DNA of 64,000 nucleotides from an uncultured Gammaproteobacteria bacterium (lineage in GTDB: Bacteria; Actinomycetota; Acidimicrobiia; Spongiisociales; SHLN01). Positions 44,929 through 53,074 of this stretch are shown in pieces. The translations under genes and the position numbers were made by a program. Below the pieces are notes generated by a model that saw only the letters and a list, made by a program, of their open reading frames with translations, had not been told where the DNA came from and did not search any database. Position 1 is the stretch's first letter; the number at the start of each line of letters is the position of its first letter. Location: positions 5,618 to 69,617 of the forward strand of contig CAXMQV010000029.1 in assembly GCA_964195905.1 (NCBI GenBank), read 5' to 3'.

Positions 44929-46571
44929 GGCTTCCCGGTTGCCGTAGGCTTGTTGGCAGGCTTCCTGGTAGTCGCCTGCTTTGACGCGGCGCCCGTCTTC
45001 CGGGCGGCCGGTTTTTTTTCTCCGGTCGCAGCCGTCTGCTTGGCCGCCGACTTCTTGGTGGCAGCCTTCGGCTTGGGAGTGGCCGCCTCCGTCTTCGCTC
45101 TGGCGGCGGGTTTCGCCTTGGCGGCCGCCGCTTGAGCGGTCTTCTTGACCCGGGCCGGCTTTGGCTTGGCGGCGTGGACCAGCTCGCTGAAGGATTCGTC
45201 GAGATAGTCCAGGAACCGGTCGAGATCGGTTACCGAATCCGAATCGGCCACCACCCCCCAGGCGATCTCGCCCTTGTAGGAGAACAGAGCGATGCCGACG
45301 CCATGGTTAGTCCACAGCGGCACCATCGGATACTGAACCTCGAGCATGGCGTCGAGGAAGTAAATGGGGATCTGCGGCCCGGGAACATTGGTGACCGTCA
45401 TGTTGAACGGCCGCACGTTGGTGCCGGCCAGCCGCATCGCTGAGGTGAGGATGGTCGACGGCGTCCATGAGGTCGCCTGCACCAGAAGCGAGGCGCCGAG
45501 GGCCTGGTTGGTCGCTTTCAGCTCCTCGGTGTCTTCGGCGACCCGGCGATATCTCTGTCGGGGGGTTGCCAAGTCGATCGGCAGGTCCAGCAGCCACATG
45601 GCGACTTGATTGCCGAGGCTCTGGTCGCCCTCGCTCCGGACACTCACCGGAGCCATGACCCGAAAATCGAGGTGATCCACCGCCGTGTCGTGGGCCAGGA
45701 GGTACTTGCGGACGGCTCCGGCCACCGTCGAGAGCACGACGTCGTTGATGGTGCCGCCGAAGGCGTTCTTGATCGACTTCGCATCCGCCAGGTCGACCTT
45801 CATCCATTTGAATTCCCGGTTTGGCCCGATCCGGGCGTTGAGGGGAGTCCGGGAGGCGTTCTTGAGCCAGCCTGCTCCCAGTGCTTTGCCCATGGCTCGC
45901 ACCCGGGTGTCTACCTCTCCGGCCACGCCGGTGACGCTGTCGCTCAGATGGCGAAAGCTGCGCAATGCCCGGAGTGGCATGGCAACCCGCCGGACGGCTT
46001 CGTCGGCGAGCAACTCGGCCTTGGATGGGCTCGGCCGGGGCTCGTATGGCTCGATCGGGCCAACTTCGGTGATCGGGAACGGTGCCAGCAGCTCCCTCAT
46101 GAGGTCGACGCCCGCCATCCCGTCGATCATGCAGTGGTGGACCTTCGTGATCATCGCGATGCTGTCGTCTTTGAACCCGTCCACGATCCAGACTTCCCAC
46201 AGCGGTCGGAATCGGTCGAGCTTCTGCGAGAAGATGATCCCGGTGAGACGCTGCAGTTCGACGTCGTCGCGTTCCTCGGTAAGGGTGGCCCGGCGAACGT
46301 GATAGTCGATGTCGAAGAAGGCGTCGTCCACCCAGACGGGATGCTCCTCGATTGGGATCCAATCGAGCACCTGGCGGTAGCGGGGGATCCGGTGCAGCTT
46401 GGACTCGATGTGAGCTTTGACGCGATCAATGTCCACCGATCCGTCGGGGGCGCGCAGCCCGCCGGGCGCGAACTTCATGACGCCGGCGACGTGGAAATGG
46501 GCATTGCGGTCTTCCATCGCCAGGAAGGTGCTGTCGAGGAACGAAAGCCTCTCGTAGTGCGTGTCTGTCAA
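44925..46571 (-). CDS. Wax ester synthase/diacylglycerol acyltransferase with an Ala/Lys/Pro-rich C-terminal tail
   Basis: RLSFLDSTFL, LDRFRPLWE, HHCMIDG catalytic motif, TINDV, VTNVPGP; TTG start after AAGGAG. Confidence 0.93.
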   Translation of the reverse strand: MTDTHYERLSFLDSTFLAMEDRNAHFHVAGVMKFAPGGLRAPDGSVDIDRVKAHIESKLHRIPRYRQVLDWIPIEEHPVWVDDAFFDIDYHVRRATLTEERDDVELQRLTGIIFSQKLDRFRPLWEVWIVDGFKDDSIAMITKVHHCMIDGMAGVDLMRELLAPFPITEVGPIEPYEPRPSPSKAELLADEAVRRVAMPLRALRSFRHLSDSVTGVAGEVDTRVRAMGKALGAGWLKNASRTPLNARIGPNREFKWMKVDLADAKSIKNAFGGTINDVVLSTVAGAVRKYLLAHDTAVDHLDFRVMAPVSVRSEGDQSLGNQVAMWLLDLPIDLATPRQRYRRVAEDTEELKATNQALGASLLVQATSWTPSTILTSAMRLAGTNVRPFNMTVTNVPGPQIPIYFLDAMLEVQYPMVPLWTNHGVGIALFSYKGEIAWGVVADSDSVTDLDRFLDYLDESFSELVHAAKPKPARVKKTAQAAAAKAKPAARAKTEAATPKPKAATKKSAAKQTAATGEKKPAARKTGAASKQATTRKPANKPTATGKP

Positions 46572-46651
46572 GCTGGACTCCTTATCCCCTGATCGTACTC
46601 CGCACCCACACCGAGGTTCCAGGAGGGATAGGGTTGTTATCGGAAGGAATC

Positions 46652-47029
46652 ATGACCGAGTTCACCATTCATCTCGCCAATCGTCCGGGCCAGTTGGCCG
46701 GGCTCGCCAAAATCATGTCAGACGGCGGCGTCAACATCGACGCCCTTGCCGCATTCGGTCTCGACGACATCGGTGTAGTGCGGATGGTCGTAAGCGACGC
46801 CGAGAGCGCTCGACGAGTCATCACCGAAGCCGGCCTCGTCGCCGAAGAACGCAGGGTCCTCACGACGGTGTTGTCGCATCGGCCGGGTGCCCTCGCCGCA
46901 TTGACTCAGAGCCTGGCCGAGGCGGGAGTCAACATTGACGGCATGTACGTGCTTCATTCGCATGAGGACGAGATCGAGCTGGCCATCGCGGTGGCCGACG
47001 AGGATGCCGCCAGGGCCGTCATCGCGTAA
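46652..47029 (+). CDS. ACT domain protein (two tandem ACT repeats)
   Basis: NRPGQLAGLAKIMSDGGVNID and HRPGALAALTQSLAEAGVNID. Confidence 0.88.
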   Translation: MTEFTIHLANRPGQLAGLAKIMSDGGVNIDALAAFGLDDIGVVRMVVSDAESARRVITEAGLVAEERRVLTTVLSHRPGALAALTQSLAEAGVNIDGMYVLHSHEDEIELAIAVADEDAARAVIA

Positions 47030-47075
47030 CCGGCTTCACCCGCCGCATGCGACGGGGCACTAACTTGTGCCCATC

Positions 47076-48251
47076 ATGAGCGAATCCCTCGTCCGCGCTG
47101 CCATCGAAAGCCTGCTCGCCGAGCACGACCCGGCGACCCTCCCACCCGAGGATTTCTGGGAGGCCCAGTACGACGCCGGTCTGGCCTGGGTCCACTTCGA
47201 CGAGGGTTTTGGTGGGCTGGGGGCGGGTCCCGCCATGCAGCAGCTCGTCGATCGGGAGCTGGAGGCGGCAGGCTCCACCCGCGATAATCTCGCCAGCAAT
47301 CTCATCGGAATCGGAATGGGCGGTCCGACCATCCACGCCTTCGGCACCGACGAGCAGAAACGCCGCTACCTGCGCCCGATGTTTTCGAACCGGGAGATCT
47401 GGTGTCAGCTGTTCTCGGAGCCGGGGGCCGGCAGTGACGTGGCAGGCCTCGCCGCCCGCGCCACCCGCGACGGCGATGAGTGGGTTGTGAACGGTCAGAA
47501 AGTCTGGACCACTATCGCTCATCTATCCCGATGGGGGATGCTGGTCGTCCGGACAGATCCTGAGGCCCCGAAACACCAGGGCATGACGTACTTCATTCTC
47601 GATATGCAGGCTCCCGGCATCGAGGTCCGACCGTTGCGTCAGATGACCGGCGAGGCCGAGTTCAACGAGGTCTATCTGACCGACGTGCGGATTCCCGACG
47701 CGGATCGGCTCGGGGCAGTCGGTGACGGATGGCGGGTCGCACTGACGACCCTCATGAACGAGCGGGTGGCGATCGGGTCGATCGTGCGACCGCGCCAGAG
47801 CGGACCGATCGGCGAAGCAGTGGAGCTCTGGAAGGAGCGGGGGGGCGACAGTCCCGCCGACCGTGACGCTCTCACCAAACTGTGGATCGAGGCCGAAGTC
47901 AATCGCCTGACGGCCATCAGGGCCGGGCAGAACCGGTCGAAGGGGACGCCGGGCCCAGAGGGCTCGACGGGCAAGCTGCAAGGAGCCGAGCTCAACAAGA
48001 AGATCTATGAATGGGCCGTCAATTTCATGGGGCCGGAGGCAATGCTCTTCCCCTCCTATGAGTACCGGGCGCCAGACGAGTTCCAGGCCGAACGGGATAT
48101 CCGTTGGTCGTTCCTTCGTTCTCGAGCGAACTCCATCGAAGGCGGCACGACCGAGATCATGAAGAACATCCTCGGCGAGCGAGTGCTTGGTCTCCCCGGC
48201 GAGCCCCGTACCGACAAGGACCTGCCGTGGTCCGAGGTCCCACGGAACTGA
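47076..48251 (+). CDS. Acyl-CoA dehydrogenase family protein
   Basis: WCQLFSEPGAGSD, NGQKVWT, EFNEV, IEGGTTEI. Confidence 0.94.
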   Translation: MSESLVRAAIESLLAEHDPATLPPEDFWEAQYDAGLAWVHFDEGFGGLGAGPAMQQLVDRELEAAGSTRDNLASNLIGIGMGGPTIHAFGTDEQKRRYLRPMFSNREIWCQLFSEPGAGSDVAGLAARATRDGDEWVVNGQKVWTTIAHLSRWGMLVVRTDPEAPKHQGMTYFILDMQAPGIEVRPLRQMTGEAEFNEVYLTDVRIPDADRLGAVGDGWRVALTTLMNERVAIGSIVRPRQSGPIGEAVELWKERGGDSPADRDALTKLWIEAEVNRLTAIRAGQNRSKGTPGPEGSTGKLQGAELNKKIYEWAVNFMGPEAMLFPSYEYRAPDEFQAERDIRWSFLRSRANSIEGGTTEIMKNILGERVLGLPGEPRTDKDLPWSEVPRN

Positions 48252-48252
48252 C

Positions 48253-49254
48253 GTGGACCGCACGAAACTCGTCGACCTCATTGATGCGAGCGACTCCGAC
48301 GGCCTGATCCGATTCATCGACGGCCTTTGTGCGGCCCGGGAATGGGAGGGACTGATTGAGGTGCGCGAGCGATGCCTCCAGGCCGAGTCGCGGGGCAGGC
48401 AGCTCTTCGGTGTCGTTCAATTTGTCGACTATCGCCAGGCGCTTGAAGCGCCCGGCGAGGTGGCAGCCGAGGTTGTGCGCGACGGGGCAGGCCGGTTCGC
48501 GCTGGGGCCGCTCTGGGAGGTGGCAGCATCGACCCACACCTGGGAGCAGATCGGGCCCCATCTCGAATCCCCACGCATGCGGACGCTGGTGGCTGCCGAA
48601 CGGGCCTTGCGGGGCGACAGGGTTGTCGGGGATTTCGATCTCGAGCTGCTCGGAACGCCTCTTGAGCTCATGGCGTGGGAGCCGCCCTATCCGGCCGCGA
48701 CCTATCGCTCCGATCGAGCCGACTTCCCAGCCCCGGATCCGATTCCCTTCGAGGCGGTCAATCCGGCCGAGGAGGCAGCTCGCGCCGATGACCCCGACAG
48801 CGAGGACGCACTGTTCGGGCTCGTGCGGACCTGGGTGGAAGAGTCAAACGGCATGGCGCATATCGTCACGGTTGAGGGATCGGCGACCGATGCGATCACG
48901 GCTGCCGCGTCGGGTCCGGCTGAGGGTGCCAGGGTGGCGTTTGGTGACGCGCTGGCGATGATGGGATGGGCCGGTGCCAACGGCGGCGCCTATGGGTCAA
49001 GACGGGGTGGTCCGGTCGGGCGCTCGGGGGCGTGGGCGGCGGTGGCCGCCATCGCCGACATCGAATGGCCTCCCGACCCGGCCGAAGTCGAGTCTGCCGG
49101 CTCCCGCCTTGACTGGTGGCTGTGGAAGCCACACCGCCAATTGGGCGGATGGCATCTCGGGCTCGCAGTTGCCGACCCGTCCGACTCCCTCGCCTGGGCT
49201 ATCAGCGGACACGATGAGTTGAACGAAGAGGCGGCACCGGAAGGTGCCAGCTAG
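48253..49254 (+). CDS. Conserved-looking hypothetical protein
   Basis: 333 aa ORF with coding-like composition, 1 nt after the ACAD stop; no catalytic motif recognised. Confidence 0.7.
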   Translation: MDRTKLVDLIDASDSDGLIRFIDGLCAAREWEGLIEVRERCLQAESRGRQLFGVVQFVDYRQALEAPGEVAAEVVRDGAGRFALGPLWEVAASTHTWEQIGPHLESPRMRTLVAAERALRGDRVVGDFDLELLGTPLELMAWEPPYPAATYRSDRADFPAPDPIPFEAVNPAEEAARADDPDSEDALFGLVRTWVEESNGMAHIVTVEGSATDAITAAASGPAEGARVAFGDALAMMGWAGANGGAYGSRRGGPVGRSGAWAAVAAIADIEWPPDPAEVESAGSRLDWWLWKPHRQLGGWHLGLAVADPSDSLAWAISGHDELNEEAAPEGAS

Positions 49255-49276
49255 GGTTTCGCCTGTTCAGCCCGCC

Positions 49277-49807
49277 ATGGAGAACCGCGATATGGAACCG
49301 ATTTCCGAACAACCAGACGACCAGATCGACCTCGATCTGGCCACTCCCGTCAGTCGGCTCGGAGCCCGGGCCATCGACACCATGATCGGGCTGCTCGTCT
49401 ACGTGGTGCTGTTCGTCCTTGTCATTCGGCTCAACGACATCGACCTCGTTGTCGACGACCCGAGTGAGGTCGACATCCCCGCAGGCGGACAGCTCATCCT
49501 TCAGTGGCTCCCGGTCGTAATCTGGGGTCTGTACGAGGTGCCGCTCACCTACCTGCGGGGCCAGACCCTGGGGAAGATGGTGACCAAGATCAAGGTCATT
49601 GCCGTCGATGGGGACCTTCCACCCGTACGGAGCGCCTCTGCCATCCGGTGGTCGGTGCTGGCGATTCCTACGATTCTCATCCCAAATTACGGCCTGTTCA
49701 TCACACTGGTCATGGGCCTGTGGTTCCTGATCGACGCGAAACGCCAGGGGTTTCACGACAAGGCGGCCCGTACCTACGTGGTGAAGGCGTCGCCGCCCAC
49801 GCTCTGA
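49277..49807 (+). CDS. RDD family protein
   Basis: RLGARAID, GQTLGKM, RQGFHDKAARTYVV. Confidence 0.9.
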   Translation: MENRDMEPISEQPDDQIDLDLATPVSRLGARAIDTMIGLLVYVVLFVLVIRLNDIDLVVDDPSEVDIPAGGQLILQWLPVVIWGLYEVPLTYLRGQTLGKMVTKIKVIAVDGDLPPVRSASAIRWSVLAIPTILIPNYGLFITLVMGLWFLIDAKRQGFHDKAARTYVVKASPPTL

Positions 49808-49883
49808 GAGTTGAGGCCTTTGACCCTGCTCGAATCATCCAGGGCTGGGGTAGTGTGAGCGTGAAGCGAACGAGAGGCGTTGC

Positions 49884-51014
49884 GTGGACATTTTCGACCG
49901 ACCGGACCTCGACAATCTTCTGAAAACACAGGCCGGGCCCTGTGTTTCGATCTTTCTACCGACCGAACGGGCAGGCCGCGAGGTCCAGCAGAACCCGATC
50001 CGGCTCAAGAACCTTCTCAAGGAGGCAGAGCATCGTCTGAAGGATCTGGGAGTCCGCGGGGTGGAATCGATCACGAAGCCGGCCCACGACCTCGTGACCG
50101 ACGGCTCGTTCTGGCGGCACCAGGGTGATGGTCTCGCACTGTTCCTGGCCCCCGAGTTCGCTGAGTCCTACACGCTGCCGGTCGTGTTCGAGGAACTGGC
50201 GGTGGTCGCCGACCAATTTCATCTCAAGCCGATGCTGCCCATGATGAGCTCGGGCGAGCACTTCTACGTGCTCGGCCTCAGCCAGAAGTACGTGAAGCTG
50301 TTCAGGGGCGGTCGCTACTCGGTCGGTGAGGTACGTCTCTCGGGCGTTCCAGCCACCTTGAGCGAGGCGCTCCAATACGACGATCGCGAGCCCTCGCTTC
50401 AATCGCACAGCGGCGGGGGAGCGCGCGCCATCTTCCACGGCCAGGGTCTCGGAAAGGATGACCCGAAGGACGACATCAAGCGCTACTTCCGTCTCATCGA
50501 CAGCGGCCTCCATGAGATCCTGAAGGATGAGCGGGCTCCGCTCGTATTGGCAGGCGTCGACTACCTGCTCCCGCTCTACCGAGAGGTCACCGAATACCCG
50601 CACGTCCTACCCGATGGGGTAGTGGGGAGCCCCGAGCGGGTCAGCACCGAGGAACTTCACTCCCGGGCATGGGAAATCGTTTCTCCGCTGTTCGATCGCG
50701 ACTGCGAGAACGCCAAAGCCCGCTACCTGGCCGTCGCCGACACCCCAACGGGGACGGCCGACGTCAAGCGGGCGATACGGGCGGCTCACCAGGGCAGGGT
50801 CGAAACGCTGTTCGTGGCGATTGGCAAACACCTGTGGGGCACGTGGGATGAGGTCACTGAAGCGATCCACCTGCACGACGGACCCGAGTCCGGCGACATG
50901 GATCTGCTCGATGCTGCCGCAGCCCAGGCTTGGCTGCGCGGTGGAGCCGTCTTCGCCGTGCCACCCGACGAAGTCCCCGGCGGAGGCCGCCTGGCGGCGG
51001 TGCTTCGATACTGA
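49884..51014 (+). CDS. Bacterial archaeo-eukaryotic release factor 1-like protein (baeRF family 3/7-like)
   Basis: GPCVSIFLPT...NPIRLKNLL, FHLKPML, APLVLAG, GRVETLFV, DLLD.AA, AAVLRY; family recalled from motifs. Confidence 0.82.
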   Translation: MDIFDRPDLDNLLKTQAGPCVSIFLPTERAGREVQQNPIRLKNLLKEAEHRLKDLGVRGVESITKPAHDLVTDGSFWRHQGDGLALFLAPEFAESYTLPVVFEELAVVADQFHLKPMLPMMSSGEHFYVLGLSQKYVKLFRGGRYSVGEVRLSGVPATLSEALQYDDREPSLQSHSGGGARAIFHGQGLGKDDPKDDIKRYFRLIDSGLHEILKDERAPLVLAGVDYLLPLYREVTEYPHVLPDGVVGSPERVSTEELHSRAWEIVSPLFDRDCENAKARYLAVADTPTGTADVKRAIRAAHQGRVETLFVAIGKHLWGTWDEVTEAIHLHDGPESGDMDLLDAAAAQAWLRGGAVFAVPPDEVPGGGRLAAVLRY

Positions 51015-51081
51015 GAGGTCCTCGGAGGGGAGAGCGGAGGCCGTGCTTGCGCTTGTTTCCCGCTGAGAGTGTCTTCTGTTT

Positions 51082-51131
51082 ATCCCCGCTCCGGGGGGAG
51101 AGAGCAGACCCCCCTGTCTCTTCGCGGGGAT
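51082..51131. repeat. REP-like palindrome between the convergent baeRF and ATL genes
   Basis: atccccgc(51082-89)/gcggggat(51124-31) with internal G6/C6. Confidence 0.65.
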
Positions 51132-51153
51132 CGGGCAGCGGGCAGCGGCGAAG

Positions 51154-51426
51154 CTACCGGCCTCCCGCCACTCTGCCGTTCCGTACCTCAACTCCTTCGG
51201 CCCGCAGCAGCTTTGCCTGGCGCTCCTCGCCGCCGGGGACGAGGCGGCCGTTGGCCGCTACCACCCGCCACCAGGGCAGTCCGTCGGTGTGTTTAAGGAG
51301 GTTGCCGACGGCGCGAGCGGCGCCTGGGTATCCGGCTTGTTCGGCTACTTCGCCGTAGCTGACAACCTCGCCCGGCCGGAGCCCCTCCAGGACGTTGATC
51401 GCCGCGGTGGTGAACGCCTCGCCCAC
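51154..51426 (-). CDS. Alkyltransferase-like (ATL) protein, MGMT family
   Basis: VSYGEVA, AARAVG, PWWRV (Trp in place of the catalytic Cys of PCHR). Confidence 0.9.
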   Translation of the reverse strand: MGEAFTTAAINVLEGLRPGEVVSYGEVAEQAGYPGAARAVGNLLKHTDGLPWWRVVAANGRLVPGGEERQAKLLRAEGVEVRNGRVAGGR

Positions 51427-51436
51427 TGCTCGTCAG

Positions 51437-51501
51437 TCCCCCCGCCGGAGGCGGGGGGAAGGTACCGCCACCGAAGCGAAGTGGAGGTGGGGGTAGGGGG
51501 G
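51437..51501. repeat. REP-like palindromic element upstream of ATL
   Basis: tccccccgcc-gga-ggcgggggga (perfect 10 bp), followed by a segment whose reverse complement (cccccctacccccacctccacttcgct) resembles 42789-42813. Confidence 0.65.
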
Positions 51502-51503
51502 CA

Positions 51504-52064
51504 TTACTCTGCCGCTTCGGCCTTCTCGCCCGGTCGCCAGAAGGTGGCCAACTGAAGGGCCGAAACCACTACCGCCCCGGCCACGAAGATCACTCCGACC
51601 CAGGCATCGAAGGTGTGGTCGATGCCGATCTGGTAGTCGAGAGACCAATCGCCGGGACCGGCGATCGCCAGCGCTGAGGCGGTGAAGGCCAGGCTGGCCA
51701 CATACTCCCAACCCTCGACATCGATGCCCTCTTTCATGAAGGCCGTGATGAAGAAGCCGGCCGGACGGTGCACCGTCCAGAACGCCACCGCCATGATCCC
51801 CACCACGCCGGCCGCGGCCAGGCTGTTGACCAGGCCGAGGATCAGCAAGAGGCCGGCGCCGATCTCGGTCGCAGTGGACATGAGCCATTGGAGGGGGGCC
51901 TGCTTGAACCCGAGCCAGGCAAACCAGTTGGTCGTCTTCTCCCGGCCCCGGGCGTGTTTGATTCCGTGAGCGAGAAAAATCGCCCCCAGTCCCAGTCGCA
52001 GGACCAGCATCGCCAGGTTGAACGCATCGTCGTGCACAGCAGCCTCCTCGGGCTTGGTTGTCAT
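51504..52064 (-). CDS. DoxX family membrane protein
   Basis: LRLGLGAIFLAHG, EIGAGLLLILGL, GWEY, GPGDWSLD; the start could be GTG 52037 after GAGGAGG. Confidence 0.88.
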   Translation of the reverse strand: MTTKPEEAAVHDDAFNLAMLVLRLGLGAIFLAHGIKHARGREKTTNWFAWLGFKQAPLQWLMSTATEIGAGLLLILGLVNSLAAAGVVGIMAVAFWTVHRPAGFFITAFMKEGIDVEGWEYVASLAFTASALAIAGPGDWSLDYQIGIDHTFDAWVGVIFVAGAVVVSALQLATFWRPGEKAEAAE

Positions 52065-52163
52065 CGAAACGATGACCCGGCACCGTTTTCTTCCCGGTGC
52101 ATGGGGAACATCATGCCGATCGCCTTGGTTGGGTGTCAACAAGACCCGAGAGGAAGCACTGTC

Positions 52164-52979
52164 ATGGCCGATTCCCTGCCGCCCCTGCCCGAGAACTTCG
52201 AGCCCACCCGGGCGACGCTCCATGCCTATGCGCACGCGGTCGGGGCGATCCCTCGCGTCCACGCCGAAGCCCATGACAAGTGGTGGCACGTGAGCTTGAA
52301 GGTCACCGCCCGCGGGCTCGAGACCGATGTCATGAGTCTCCCCGATGGCGGCACCTTCAGTCTGCGAATGGACTTCGAGACCCATGAACTAGTAGTTGAC
52401 GCCGACGAGGAGACCAGGATCGCGATGGCCGATGGCATCACAGGAACCGAGATGGGTGATCGCCTCATTGCGGCGGTGGCGGCCCTCGGCTTGCACGGCG
52501 AGTACAACCGCGAGAAGTTCGAGAACGATGACGTCCGTGAGTATGACCCGGCCACGGCCGCCACCTACTTCGCAGCCGCCACCATCGTCGATCAGGTATT
52601 CAAGGAGCACCTCGGCTCGCTAGAGGGCGAAGTGAGTCAGGTCCAGCTCTGGCCGCACAACTTTGACCTTGCTTGCGAATGGTTCGGCACCCGGGTCGAG
52701 ACCCACGAGGAGGAGGGAGTGGTCACCGAGTATCCGTCGCAACTCAATCTCGGCTTATATCCCGCCGGTCGACCGTACTTCTACTCCAACCCCTGGCCCT
52801 TCGAGGCAGACAAGCTGCTGGGAACGCCGCTTCCCCACGGTGCCGAGTGGCACACCGAAGGCTGGGAAGGCTCCATCCTCTACTACGACCAGCTGGCCGG
52901 CGACCCCGACGGCCTCACCAAACTCGCCGAGTTCGCCAAGGCCGTGTTCGAGGCGGCCTCACCCATCCTTACGGCATAG
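52164..52979 (+). CDS. DUF5996-like protein
   Basis: TRATLH....VG...WWHVSLKVTARGL, QLWPHNFDLA, PYFYSNPWP; family assignment from recall. Confidence 0.72.
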   Translation: MADSLPPLPENFEPTRATLHAYAHAVGAIPRVHAEAHDKWWHVSLKVTARGLETDVMSLPDGGTFSLRMDFETHELVVDADEETRIAMADGITGTEMGDRLIAAVAALGLHGEYNREKFENDDVREYDPATAATYFAAATIVDQVFKEHLGSLEGEVSQVQLWPHNFDLACEWFGTRVETHEEEGVVTEYPSQLNLGLYPAGRPYFYSNPWPFEADKLLGTPLPHGAEWHTEGWEGSILYYDQLAGDPDGLTKLAEFAKAVFEAASPILTA

Positions 52980-52996
52980 GAGACCCAGCTAGAGAA

Positions 52997-53065
52997 GTCC
53001 CCAGACCCCAGACGGAGCGGGCCATCTTCTCTTGCTGGGGACCGGGGACTCGGGACTGGGGACTG
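52997..53065. repeat. GGGGAC-type inverted 7-bp element between convergent genes
   Basis: gtccccagaccccagac ... cttgctggggaccggggactcgggactggggactg. Confidence 0.78.
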
Positions 53066-53074
53066 ATTGACCGG

